Under the pieces are notes generated by a model that worked only from the letters and a program-made list of their open reading frames with translations, did no database searches and was not told the DNA's origin. Below are positions 51,632 to 61,179 of a stretch of DNA of 64,000 nucleotides, in pieces. A program made the position numbers and the translations under genes. The stretch lies in contig OZ241841.1 of NCBI GenBank assembly GCA_965202665.1, positions 2,304,001 to 2,368,000 of the forward strand, written 5' to 3'. The DNA comes from Candidatus Spongiisociaceae bacterium (GTDB lineage: Bacteria > Actinomycetota > Acidimicrobiia > Spongiisociales > Spongiisociaceae). Numbering within the stretch: position 1 is the stretch's first letter; every line of letters begins with the position of its first letter.

Positions 51632-52411
51632 ATGAATAGCACCGTTTTAGGGCTGAATAGCGATGGTCTCCGTTTGGTGGAGAAACTGGCTTACACTGCT
51701 CCCCATCTTTTTTTCGAAGCCGATATGATACAATTCAAAAACGAACTGGATGAGTTAGCCGCCCAGGGGGAAGTGTCTCCCTATGACTCGCAAAATATCA
51801 AGTTGGTTGCTCCGATTGACTCTCTGAATCGACTTAAACGGAAAGGTCCGGGGTCTGATTTCCACTACGCGCCGATTATTCACCGGGCGTTAGCCGACAA
51901 CCCACCGGAATATATGAACCAAGGTTGGTTTTGGTCTTCTATCAACAGCTTCGTCTTGTCCTCCTACGTCTCAATGCGTTGGGACAGTGGGCTTAGAAGA
52001 TCAAACCCCGGCAAGTTTGTGAAGAGGCACTGGTTGTGGATTGGTGCCCATGGCAGACTTTGGAACGGTTCGGCGCGGCTGTGGTGGTTGGCGGAGTACG
52101 CTCATAGGGCATCTGAATTTTCCGAACATTCGGCTGAAACCCTTATCAACGCTATGGCCGACAACAGGGAGTTGTATACTCGAATCATGTCGCGGAGTTT
52201 TGCGATCAGAAATCCAACTGTGGTGGCCGCTATTTATGATGTAGTCTTGGCAGACAATAGCTATTTGTATAAAAGAAGTAATATTATACAGTTACTAAAG
52301 TCGTTAAAGATAAAGGCTGATACTTTCGATATTTTAGACTATGAAGAACTGCATCAAATTGTGATCAACAGCCTGCCGTCTCGATATGAAACTATGAGGA
52401 TGTTTCCGTAA
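51632..52411 (+). CDS. ARLWW-motif protein paralogue 4
   Basis: KGPGSD, FWSSINS, WNGSARLWW, AAIYD. Confidence 0.8.
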   Translation: MNSTVLGLNSDGLRLVEKLAYTAPHLFFEADMIQFKNELDELAAQGEVSPYDSQNIKLVAPIDSLNRLKRKGPGSDFHYAPIIHRALADNPPEYMNQGWFWSSINSFVLSSYVSMRWDSGLRRSNPGKFVKRHWLWIGAHGRLWNGSARLWWLAEYAHRASEFSEHSAETLINAMADNRELYTRIMSRSFAIRNPTVVAAIYDVVLADNSYLYKRSNIIQLLKSLKIKADTFDILDYEELHQIVINSLPSRYETMRMFP

Positions 52412-52571
52412 CGGCGGTGGTTTCGGCGACGGTGGAGGTGACGGGGACGGGTTCGCCGGCGGGCGGCCCTCGGTCGGGCCAGAGGATGAACAACGCCAGC
52501 ATCACGGCCAAGGCCAAGGCGGCCAGCAACTGGGGCCAGCCGCTTACGGGTTGGGGAGGGGCGTTGGTCAT
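52392..52571 (-). CDS. Small single-TM membrane protein
   Basis: One hydrophobic helix; TAGAAT 7 nt upstream of ATG; 3' end overlaps the island's last gene. Confidence 0.5.
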   Translation of the reverse strand: MTNAPPQPVSGWPQLLAALALAVMLALFILWPDRGPPAGEPVPVTSTVAETTAVTETSS

Positions 52572-52611
52572 CTCCGCCATTCTAGCGACAGCACCCCTGC
52601 TTGCCCGGAAT

Positions 52612-53298
52612 CTACCAGACCGGCCAGGGGATGGGCGGGCGGTCCTCCGGCGGCGGGGGATGAACCGGGTTGTCCAGCAGGCCCTCCACCCGTCCGGTCA
52701 AAGCGTCCGCCTCCGGTTTGCCCAGCAACCGCATCACTTCCGCATACAACCACCCCCGCAAAGCCTCCCGCAACCGCCCCGCCGCCCCGACCATTTCCTC
52801 TGGCAAAGGGCGGCCCGCGAAGTTCCACAACACGGTGCGCAATTTGGCTTCGGAATGAAAAGTCACCCCATGGTCGATGCACCATAATCGACCCCCGGCG
52901 TCCTTCAGGAAATGCCCCGCTTTGCGGTCGGCGTTGTTTACCAAAACATCCAAAACCGCCACCGGCCACAGCGACGGATCCGCGTCATTAATAGGCCCGG
53001 CGGCGTCGAATTCAGGGTCGGCTTCCACGAAACGCTGGGCGGAACCCGGCCCGAAAGGCCCTTCGGCGAATAGGGTTTCCGGCACCACTTCCAGCCCGGC
53101 CGCCTGCGACGTCTGAAAGGTGAGCACTTCCCGGGCGGCCAAAGTCCCCGGGGTGAAATCCCACAGCGGGCGTTCCCCCCGTTCCGGTTTGTAAACCACC
53201 ATGTCCCCTTCTTCGGTGCGGGCCAGCAAAGTGGCGTTGGAGGCGTTGCGGAACCTGCCGATGATTTCGGTTACGACCGGCGCGGGGCGGATTTTCAC
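52612..53298 (-). CDS. SCO1664-family kinase-like protein
   Basis: ASNATLL, YKPERGERPLWDF, NNADRKAGH, IDHGVTF; GTGA overlap. Confidence 0.88.
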   Translation of the reverse strand: MKIRPAPVVTEIIGRFRNASNATLLARTEEGDMVVYKPERGERPLWDFTPGTLAAREVLTFQTSQAAGLEVVPETLFAEGPFGPGSAQRFVEADPEFDAAGPINDADPSLWPVAVLDVLVNNADRKAGHFLKDAGGRLWCIDHGVTFHSEAKLRTVLWNFAGRPLPEEMVGAAGRLREALRGWLYAEVMRLLGKPEADALTGRVEGLLDNPVHPPPPEDRPPIPWPVW

Positions 53299-53810
53299 CG
53301 GGCCGGCCGGTGGCCGTTGCCGGAGGGGCAGTCGTGGCCGTCGGGATTTTCCGGCAACAGGCACATGGGGCACAGCGGCCGCCCGGCGTTGACCGATTCC
53401 AACGCCATAATGGCCATCGCCCGCAACTGCTCGGGAGTGGTCATAAACAGCACCTCCTGCCCTTCTTCGGATCCGCGCAGCAGTATCTGAAAGAAATGGT
53501 CGGAGCTGATCCGCATGGCGATGGACTCCACCGGGAAAAAATGGTCGTGTTCGGACGGCCCGGTCATTTCCCCGGCGGTGGACACCATCCCTTCCACCGC
53601 CCCTTCGTCCACCGTTCGTTCCATGGCGCCCAAAATTTCGATGCTCTGCTGGGCGAGGGCCGCCGCCTGCTCCTTTTCGCATTTGAACCACACCGGGTCG
53701 CCCCCCATTTCGATCATCAGGTAGAAGGTGCGTTTGCCGGGCACGCCCACCGCCCCCACTCGGAACCAGTCGACCAGGCCGTAGTCGCGGGGAGTGAATT
53801 CGTGCGTCAA
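53295..53810 (-). CDS. DUF3090-family protein
   Basis: GAVGVPGKRTFYL, EKEQ, AGRPLCPMC...GHDCPSGNGH. Confidence 0.85.
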   Translation of the reverse strand: MTHEFTPRDYGLVDWFRVGAVGVPGKRTFYLMIEMGGDPVWFKCEKEQAAALAQQSIEILGAMERTVDEGAVEGMVSTAGEMTGPSEHDHFFPVESIAMRISSDHFFQILLRGSEEGQEVLFMTTPEQLRAMAIMALESVNAGRPLCPMCLLPENPDGHDCPSGNGHRPAR

Positions 53811-54412
53811 TCGATTCCCCCCGTTCCCATTCGGTTGACGGAGGCCACCGCCGGCGGGCCCGGTCCCAGGATAATTTCCGACACCGACGCCGGGGAGACC
53901 ACCAGCCGTTGAAACAGGTCCAGCGGCTGGCCCAGGAAATGGGCGAGGACAAGTTTGATCACATCCGCATGGCTTACCGCCGCCGCCGTCCCCCGGCCCG
54001 CTCCGGCGGCGATCCGTTCCACCGCCGCCACCGCCCGCACCTGCGCTTCGGCGAACGATTCCCCGCCCGGGAAGCGGGCCCGGGAGGGGGTGTTCCGCAC
54101 CACCTCCCACAGTTTGGTGCGGCGCAGGGATTTGAGGGTGCGCCCCGTCCAAGACCCGAAATCCATTTCCACCAAGCCTTCTTCGATGACCGGTTCCAGC
54201 CGGTGGCGGGCGGCCACGATGCGGGCCGTTTCCAAGGTTCGTTCGATAGGGGAGGTGAACACGGCTTTGACGGCCCGGTCGGCCAGCAGGTCGGCGGTGC
54301 GGCGCGCGGCCGCCTCCCCGGCCTCCCCCAGGGAAACCCCGGGGGCCCGTCCGGTCAGCCGGACGCCGGTCTCGGGGGTGGGGGCGTGTCGGATGAGGAG
54401 TATGCGGGCCAT
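53807..54412 (-). CDS. Histidine phosphatase (MSMEG_4193-like phosphomutase)
   Basis: LIRHA, SPIERTLET, SHADVIK; conserved cluster with DUF3090/SCO1664. Confidence 0.88.
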   Translation of the reverse strand: MARILLIRHAPTPETGVRLTGRAPGVSLGEAGEAAARRTADLLADRAVKAVFTSPIERTLETARIVAARHRLEPVIEEGLVEMDFGSWTGRTLKSLRRTKLWEVVRNTPSRARFPGGESFAEAQVRAVAAVERIAAGAGRGTAAAVSHADVIKLVLAHFLGQPLDLFQRLVVSPASVSEIILGPGPPAVASVNRMGTGGID

Positions 54413-54446
54413 CGGCAACAGGCTAGTGGGATGGGGCGGGCGGCGG

Positions 54447-55130
54447 TCAGACCAGGTCCGCCGACCGGGGGGCGATGTTTTCCGGGAGGTTGTTGCGCAC
54501 GTTGTTCACCAGGTCGGAAACCGGATGTTCCGCCACCGCCTCCGACCGGAGCGGGGCCAGCAACGGTTCCAAAGCGGCCGGTTCCCGCATCTCCCGGTCC
54601 AGCCACATATCCCAGGATTCGGGTTCCAAGATGACCGGCATGCGGGTGTGGATGCCCGACAGGCGGCGGTTGGCGACGGTGGTGATGATGGCGCAACTGC
54701 GTGTCCAGCCGTCCGACTCCGGGTCCCGCCGCGCCGCCCATATTCCGGCGAACATCATCGGCTCCCCGGAGGCCAAAGTCACATAATGGGGGCGCCGCCC
54801 TTCCCGCTTCGGTTCCCATTCGTAGAAGCCGTCGGCGGGGATCAGGCACCGTTTGCGGCGCAACGAGTCCCGGAAGGCCGGTTTGACGGCCGCCGTTTCC
54901 GCCCGGGCGTTGATGTTGAGCGGGCCTTTGCGGTCCGGCGACCAGTGGGGGATGAGCCCCCATCGCATCGTCCCCAGCAGGCGCCGCCCCCGCTGTTCGG
55001 CCACCGCGTACACCGGATCGGTGGGGGCCACGTTGTAACTGGGCTCCAACTTTTCGGACGCCGCCTCCTCCGCCCCCAGGTAGGAGGCCAGGGCGCCCGG
55101 GTCCAAAGTCCGCGCGTAGCGTCCGCACAT
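54447..55130 (-). CDS. SRAP (YedK/HMCES-like) abasic-site protein
   Basis: N-terminal MCGRY, YNVAPT, INARAET, GFYEW, HTRMPVIL. Confidence 0.93.
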   Translation of the reverse strand: MCGRYARTLDPGALASYLGAEEAASEKLEPSYNVAPTDPVYAVAEQRGRRLLGTMRWGLIPHWSPDRKGPLNINARAETAAVKPAFRDSLRRKRCLIPADGFYEWEPKREGRRPHYVTLASGEPMMFAGIWAARRDPESDGWTRSCAIITTVANRRLSGIHTRMPVILEPESWDMWLDREMREPAALEPLLAPLRSEAVAEHPVSDLVNNVRNNLPENIAPRSADLV

Positions 55131-55183
55131 GCGTCCATCTTAGGCCGTCCCGGGGGGTGCCGGCGCCTGCTATCCTGGTGGTC

Positions 55184-55558
55184 GGCGAGTTCGCCAGACG
55201 GTCGCGGCCGCCCCCGGCGTCGGGAGGCGGTCGAGGAAAGTCCGGACTCCGCAGGACAGGGAGCTGGGTAACGCCCAGGCGGGGCGACCCGACGGAAAGT
55301 GCCGCAGAAACCAGACCGCCGATGGCCCGTAACGGGCACAGGCAAGGGTGAAACGGTGGTGTAAGAGACCACCAGCATTCCGGGCGACCGGGGTGGCTGG
55401 TAAACCCCTCTCGGAGCAAGGTCAAGCAGAGGCGCCGGCGGTCCGCCGATTAAGCCTCGGGTGGACCGCGCGAGGTTTGCGGCAACGCAGATCCCAGATG
55501 GATGACCGTCGCCCGGGGGCAACCCGGGCACAGAATCCGGCTTATCGGCGAACTCGCC
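55184..55558 (+). ncRNA. rnpB: RNase P RNA (type A)
   Basis: GAGGAAAGTCCGGACT, GGGTGAAACGGTG, GGTAAACCC, ACAGAATCCGGCTTA; terminal GGCGAGTT/AACTCGCC pairing. Confidence 0.96.
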
Positions 55559-55561
55559 CCT

Positions 55562-56002
55562 TCACCCGCCGTTTATCGTATTTTCCTTTTCCCGCTGTCG
55601 GCGGTCGCGGCGACCCGCCAGTTTCCCGCCGCCGTAACCTATCGCCACCGCCGCCGCCCCGAAAAAAAGCAGGGTTGCGACCCCGGCCGGGCTGCCCCCC
55701 AGCAGGCTGACAACCGCGAAGACGGCGTAGCAACCGACGGCGGCCATCCCCCCGTGGGCCCCCGCATAGGGACTGCGTGACAGGCGCCCCCCTACGTATC
55801 CGGCCAGAAACTGACCGGCGAGCAAGGACAGGGCCAGGCCGATCCAACCGGACAGGTTTTCCGGAACCCGGCCGGTGCGGTAGATGAGGGCCGTCAGAAT
55901 GTAGGCCACCAGGCTGATTATCAGGGTGGCGAACAGGCCGCTCACCGCCCCCAGCAGGACGGCGCTCCAGCGGGTGCGGGCGGGCGCGGCGACGGGGCTC
56001 AT
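55562..56002 (-). CDS. Four-TM membrane protein
   Basis: Four hydrophobic helices; LAGYVGGRL motif. Confidence 0.7.
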   Translation of the reverse strand: MSPVAAPARTRWSAVLLGAVSGLFATLIISLVAYILTALIYRTGRVPENLSGWIGLALSLLAGQFLAGYVGGRLSRSPYAGAHGGMAAVGCYAVFAVVSLLGGSPAGVATLLFFGAAAVAIGYGGGKLAGRRDRRQREKENTINGG

Positions 56003-56148
56003 ACGCCCCCAATCTAGTTGAAGGCTCAAACGCCGTCCCCGTCCGGCGGGGCGAAACCGACCCAGATGTCGGAAATACCGGTTTTTGGGCCGCCGCGGTG
56101 GTAGATTTTCTCCCGGTAAGCGCAGACGGCCTGACGGGAGGTTTCGAA

Positions 56149-56823
56149 ATGGCGTCAATTCACAAGTACGTAGCCGAGATGCTGGGCACTTTCGTGCTGG
56201 TCGGCTTGGGCGGAATGTCCATTCTCTACGCCGACGGCGACAGGGTGATGGTCAGCTTCGGCTTCGGTTTGGCCCTGCTGGCGGCCCTGTACATGTTCGG
56301 CGGACGTTCGGGGGCCCATTGCAACCCGGTGGTGTCTTTGGCGATAATGATGCGCAAAGAGATAACGCCCGTTGAATTCGTCGGCTACGCGGTGGGCCAG
56401 TTTGTTGGGGGGCTGGCCGCGGCCGGATTGATTTTAGCCATCGGAAGCCAGAAGGCGGCTGACATGATCGTGGCCGGTCCCGGTTTCAACCCCGCCAATG
56501 TCCGTTTCGGGGCGGATGACATTCTGATTGTGGAAACGATTCTGACCGCAATCCTGGTGATGGTGATTTTGCGCACTACGGCCAGTCATCCGAAGGTCGC
56601 CCCCATCATTATCGCTTTGACGCTGACCGTGCTCCATCTGGCGGCGATTCCCATAACCGGGGCCTCGGCCAACCCGGCCCGCAATCTGGGCCCGGCCATC
56701 GTAGCCGGCGACTTCTCCTTTTTGTGGGCGTATTTCGTCGCCGCCCTGTTGGGTTCGGTGATCGCCTTCTACCTGGACAAGTACGTCAACGAATATGGGA
56801 TGATGTCCGGGGCCGAGGCCTAA
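56149..56823 (+). CDS. MIP/aquaporin family channel (NPV/NPA)
   Basis: AEMLGTF, SGAHCNPVVS, SANPARNLG. Confidence 0.92.
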   Translation: MASIHKYVAEMLGTFVLVGLGGMSILYADGDRVMVSFGFGLALLAALYMFGGRSGAHCNPVVSLAIMMRKEITPVEFVGYAVGQFVGGLAAAGLILAIGSQKAADMIVAGPGFNPANVRFGADDILIVETILTAILVMVILRTTASHPKVAPIIIALTLTVLHLAAIPITGASANPARNLGPAIVAGDFSFLWAYFVAALLGSVIAFYLDKYVNEYGMMSGAEA

Positions 56824-56910
56824 CCCCGGCCCGTCCGGCAAAAGCCGCAAGGAGCCGGGGAAGCCCGGTAAATTGAGTTCGCGCAACAGCCGGCGAACGG
56901 GAGGTTTCCC

Positions 56911-57609
56911 ATGGTTGCTTCAATGAACAAGTATTTGGCGGAGTTGCTGGGCACCTTCGTGCTGGTGGCGGTGGGTTCCATGTCCATCATCAGCTCCGAC
57001 GGCAACCTGCTGTTCATAGGCTTCGGGTTCGGTTTGGCCCTGCTGGGCGCCATCTACGTGTTCGGGGACCGGTCGGGGGCCCATTTCAACCCGGCGGTCA
57101 CTTTGGCGATGATGATGCGCAAAGACACTTCCCCCTCCGATCTGGTCGGCTATCTGATAGCCCAGACGGCCGGGGCGTTGCTGGCCGCCGGGTTGGTCTT
57201 CTACATCGCGGGCCAGCAGGCGGTGGAGTTCACTTTGACCCGGGCCCCCGATTTGGACATAGTGGAGTTGCTGGTGGTGGAGGGGATCCTCACCGCCATT
57301 TTCGTGATGGTCGTTCTCCGCACCACCGCCGCCCACAAGCGGGCCGCCCCGTTGGCCATTTCGTTGGTGCTGGTGGCCATCCATCTGGCGGCCATCCCCA
57401 TCACCGGGGCGTCGGTCAACCCGGCTCGCAGCCTGGGACCGGCCATCGTCGCCGGGGATTTCACCGACATCTGGGCCTACATCGTCGGTCCGGGGATCGG
57501 AGCGGCGGTCGGCTTCTACTTCGACAAGTTCATCAACGACGACCCGGTCCCCGCTACGCCGGCCGCCGCCGAATCCGCCGACTCCGGCGAACCGGGCGGC
57601 GACGCCTGA
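56911..57609 (+). CDS. MIP/aquaporin family channel (NPA/NPA)
   Basis: AELLGTF, SGAHFNPAVT, SVNPARSLG. Confidence 0.93.
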   Translation: MVASMNKYLAELLGTFVLVAVGSMSIISSDGNLLFIGFGFGLALLGAIYVFGDRSGAHFNPAVTLAMMMRKDTSPSDLVGYLIAQTAGALLAAGLVFYIAGQQAVEFTLTRAPDLDIVELLVVEGILTAIFVMVVLRTTAAHKRAAPLAISLVLVAIHLAAIPITGASVNPARSLGPAIVAGDFTDIWAYIVGPGIGAAVGFYFDKFINDDPVPATPAAAESADSGEPGGDA

Positions 57610-57663
57610 GCCGGCCCCCCTTCTCCATATAGAACCCGTCCCCCTCCCGCGGCGGGCCGAGGA

Positions 57664-58107
57664 TCAGGTGATGATGTGTTCGGCCAGGCCGGCCACCCAC
57701 CCGGTGGGCAGTTCCCAATGGCGGGCCCCGTTCACCACGATTTCCATGTAGTCGCTGGAGGGCTCCCCGGCGGTTTCCCCGCCCTCCGCCGACACATGGG
57801 TGAGCACCGCGTAACTGCGCCCCTGGCGGTCCACCGCTTTGAACTCCTCCGACGGTATCCGCCCTTCCGCTTTTTCAGCCCGGTCCAGGCCTTTGATTTC
57901 CGATTTGGGGACTTCGAACACCGCCCCCCACACCGTGTTGCCCCCCCGCGGGCGCACCGAGGGCAACGCCCCCTCCCAGTCCCGGTTGGTGATCGGAAAC
58001 AGCAGTTCCGTTTCCGGCAGATGGGCTATGAACTGAAACTCGGCGGATGGGGCCGCCTCAGCCAGCAGGTGGGGGGCGATCCGGGCGGTGTAAGCAAAGT
58101 ACAGCAT
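57664..58107 (-). CDS. Gamma-glutamylcyclotransferase family protein
   Basis: LYFAY, VWGAVFEV, LDRAE, PSSDY...GARHWELP. Confidence 0.78.
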   Translation of the reverse strand: MLYFAYTARIAPHLLAEAAPSAEFQFIAHLPETELLFPITNRDWEGALPSVRPRGGNTVWGAVFEVPKSEIKGLDRAEKAEGRIPSEEFKAVDRQGRSYAVLTHVSAEGGETAGEPSSDYMEIVVNGARHWELPTGWVAGLAEHIIT

Positions 58108-58256
58108 TTTTCCTCCGAGAGGGTCTGGCCCCCCAAGTTTAGCCTGCGCCGAAACTTATGGGACCACCCGGCGGTAGTAGGGTTTCCGCAGGCGACCCGC
58201 GGCTCCGCGGGGACGCCGCTACGCGATCAAAACCATCGGAACGGGGCAACGGAAAC

Positions 58257-59321
58257 ATGGAACAGGCCAACCACGCGCAGGGGGAAAGCGGGTTTTCGTG
58301 GGCGGAGATCCTGGGCGGGCTGGGGGAGGGCCGCCACCTGACCCGGGCCCAGGCCCGGGCGGCCATGGATCGGGTGATGACCGGAGAGGCGGCCCCTTCG
58401 CAAATCGCCGCCCTCATCGTCCTGTTGCGGGCCAAAGGGGAGACGGCGGAGGAAATTCTGGGGCTGGTGGAGGGAATGCGGGCGGCGGCGGTGGCGGTGG
58501 ACTTGGGGGACGCCGACCCGGTGGACATCGTGGGAACCGGAGGGGACCGTTCCGGAACTTTCAACGTGTCCACCACCGCCTCTTTTGCGGTCGCCGGGGC
58601 GGGGGTTCCGGTCGCCAAACACGGCAACCGTTCCATGTCTTCGCAATGCGGCTCGGCCGACCTGTTGGAAGAGTTGGGGGTGGCGATCGACCTGCCCCCG
58701 GAGCGCAACCGGGAACTTTTCCGCCGCACCGGCTACGCCTTTTTCCTGGCGCCCGTCTACCACCCGGCGATGCGCTGGGCGGGGCCGGTGCGCAAAGAGC
58801 TGGGCGTGCCCACCGTGTTCAATTTTCTGGGGCCGCTCAGCAACCCGGCCGGGGTGCGCCGCTTGGCGGTGGGGACGTCGGACGGCCGGATGGCGGAGCG
58901 GATGATAGAGACGTTGCGGGCGGCGGGGGCGGTGCGGGCCTTGGTCTTCCACGGCGAGGACGGGTTGGACGAGTTGAGTTTGGCCGGTCCGTCGGTGGTG
59001 TGGGGCCTGCGGGAGGGGCGGATCACCCGTTCCGTGCTGGAACCGGCGCAGGTCGGGTTGGCGACCGCCCCCTTGGAGTCGGTGCGGGGCGGGGGGGTTT
59101 CCGACAACGCGGCCATCGCCCGGGCGGTGCTGGAAGGGCGCCCCGGACCGGCCCGGGACATGACGGTGTTGAACGCGGCCGCCGCCATCCTGGTTTCCGG
59201 GGCGGCGGACGGGTGGGAGGAGGCGGCGGAGGCGGCCCGGCGCTCTTTGGACGGCGGAGCGGCGGCGGAGGCCCTGTCCCGGGTGGTTGCGGAGAGTCGG
59301 GAACTGGCCGGGTCTTCCTGA
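58257..59321 (+). CDS. trpD: Anthranilate phosphoribosyltransferase
   Basis: DIVGTGGD, FNVST, KHGNRS, FNFLGPLSNP, DGLDE. Confidence 0.95.
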   Translation: MEQANHAQGESGFSWAEILGGLGEGRHLTRAQARAAMDRVMTGEAAPSQIAALIVLLRAKGETAEEILGLVEGMRAAAVAVDLGDADPVDIVGTGGDRSGTFNVSTTASFAVAGAGVPVAKHGNRSMSSQCGSADLLEELGVAIDLPPERNRELFRRTGYAFFLAPVYHPAMRWAGPVRKELGVPTVFNFLGPLSNPAGVRRLAVGTSDGRMAERMIETLRAAGAVRALVFHGEDGLDELSLAGPSVVWGLREGRITRSVLEPAQVGLATAPLESVRGGGVSDNAAIARAVLEGRPGPARDMTVLNAAAAILVSGAADGWEEAAEAARRSLDGGAAAEALSRVVAESRELAGSS

Positions 59322-59854
59322 TGGGGCGCCGGGCCTTCGCTTGCCTGTTGGCCGGGTCGGCGCTGGCCGCGGCCTGCGGAACGGGTGAGTTTTCCGAGCC
59401 GCCCGCATCATCCGTTCCGGCCACCGGGGCCTCCCAACCGGCCGAGCCGGCGGACGAACTTGTTCCGAACGTGACCTTGCAGTTGGACGATGGAAGCAGT
59501 TGGACGGCGAGGGAGGCGGCCCGGCCCGCCCTGCTGGTGTTCTGGGCGGAATGGTGAGGGGCCTGCCGGAGGGAGTTGCCTTCCGTAGACGGTTTGGCCC
59601 GGTTGTGGGCCGGGTCGGTGGATGTGATGGCGGTGGCCTGGCAGTCCGGCTGGGAGGAAACCCGGGCGGAGGCGGAGAAACTGTTGCGCACCGGCTGGAC
59701 GCGCTGGACTTTGGACGAGGCGGCGGTAGCGGCGTTCGGCGTGGCGTCGCAACCGGTGTCGATTCTGATAGCCGACGGACGGGAGGTGCGCCGCTGGCAC
59801 GGGCCGGTCGGCGGCGATGTAATCGGATTGGTACGGGATCTGACCCGCACCTGA
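59321..59854 (+). CDS. TlpA/thioredoxin-like lipoprotein, predicted selenoprotein (UGA 59555-59557, UGAC)
   Basis: Lipobox AAAC; FWAEW-TGA-GAC-RRELP continues in frame to 59854; SECIS-like hairpin 59567-59585. Confidence 0.85.
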
Positions 59855-59985
59855 CCCCCCGCTACGAGCGAACCCCTTTTCCCCACGTATCCGGCCCGGC
59901 GGCCCCGGGTTTTCAGCATACGGGTGCGGGCGCAACGAAGCCCGGCCCGCTGGGGAACAGGCCGGGCTCGGTCGGGGGTGGCGGG

Positions 59986-60435
59986 TTACTTTTCCGCCGC
60001 GGATGGGTCGGCGATGGACCGGATCCTCTCCGGATTGTCCGGAACGGGGACGGACGGAGCCGGGCGGGGCGGAGCGGGTTCGGGAGGGACGGGATGGCCG
60101 TCGGTTATCCGCAACCGGTACATTACGACTTTCATGTTCCCCTCCACATCTCGAACTCGGTTATCAATGGTCAGCAGCCGGTCCTCGACTCGCTGAGTGC
60201 CGTTCGCCAGCCGGTTGGATTCCTCTCGGATTTTGCCTTCCAGGGAGGTTCTGGCCTCTTTGAGGTCGTCGGCAACCTTCTGGGTGTTGGCCTCCTGCCG
60301 GTTGGATTCCCGCAGGATCATATCCTCCAGTCCCTTCGCCAATTGGCGGGTGTCCTTCCGTTGCAAAACGAAGAACACCGTAAGCCCGCCGATGGTCGTC
60401 AGGGCGCCGGATATGCTGGCGTAGAACTCTTCCAT
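59986..60435 (-). CDS. Hypothetical N-terminal TM plus coiled-coil protein
   Basis: One TM helix, heptad-rich middle, Pro-rich tail; AAGG upstream. Confidence 0.6.
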   Translation of the reverse strand: MEEFYASISGALTTIGGLTVFFVLQRKDTRQLAKGLEDMILRESNRQEANTQKVADDLKEARTSLEGKIREESNRLANGTQRVEDRLLTIDNRVRDVEGNMKVVMYRLRITDGHPVPPEPAPPRPAPSVPVPDNPERIRSIADPSAAEK

Positions 60436-60636
60436 GCTCGTACCTTACCCTTTCTGCGTCAGGGTGCGCGCCATTCGGGCCGCGCTTCTTACAATATGCA
60501 ACATAAGGTAAAAAAACGACGACGACAACCCCCTTGTTTCAAGAAACGGCCAAAACGCGAAAAAATCTTTAGCCCGTTGGGCGCCAACCACGGCAAAATC
60601 GTTCATATACCGCGCCGGACGGACTATTCTGGGGAT

Positions 60637-61179
60637 ATGAAACCCCGCATAGGTTTCGCAACGGCGATCGGTTTGATGCTGGCGGTCGCCGCCTGCGGGT
60701 CCGGATCCGAGCCAGCCGGGACGGCCTCCTCCGCCCCGCCGGTTCAGGAAACCCCCTCCGCCCCGTCGGGACCGGCCGCCCCCGCCGTCTCCTTGCAGTT
60801 GGACGACGGTTCCTCGTTTGATTCTTCGCAGGCCGTCCGGCCCACCCTGTACGTGTTCTGGGCGGAATGGTGACCGACCTGTCAGCGGGAGTTGCCCGCT
60901 GTGGACGGCCTGGCGGCGGAGTACGAGGGCCGGGCGGACGTGATCGCGGTGGCCTGGAAGGCGTCTTTGGCGGACACTTCCGCCGCCGCCCGGCGGCTGT
61001 TGACCAGCGGGGCGACGCGCTGGGCCTTGGATGAGGATGAAAGCGTGTTCGCCGCCTTCGAAGTCGGCTACCAGCCGGTGTCGGCCCTGGTCCATCAGGG
61101 CGTGGAAATCGGACGTTGGCACGGGGAGGTTCCCATCTCCGAGGTGCGCGCCCTGTTAGATGAGGCGGTGCGGCTGTGA
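60637..61179 (+). CDS. TlpA/thioredoxin-like lipoprotein, predicted selenoprotein (UGA 60871-60873, UPTC)
   Basis: Lipobox VAAC; FWAEW-TGA-PTC-QRELP in frame to 61179; hairpin 60883-60901; YQP cis-Pro loop. Confidence 0.88.

Noticed and set aside
55184-55558. ORFs overlapping 55.1-55.7 kb
   Set aside because: Region is fully explained by RNase P RNA
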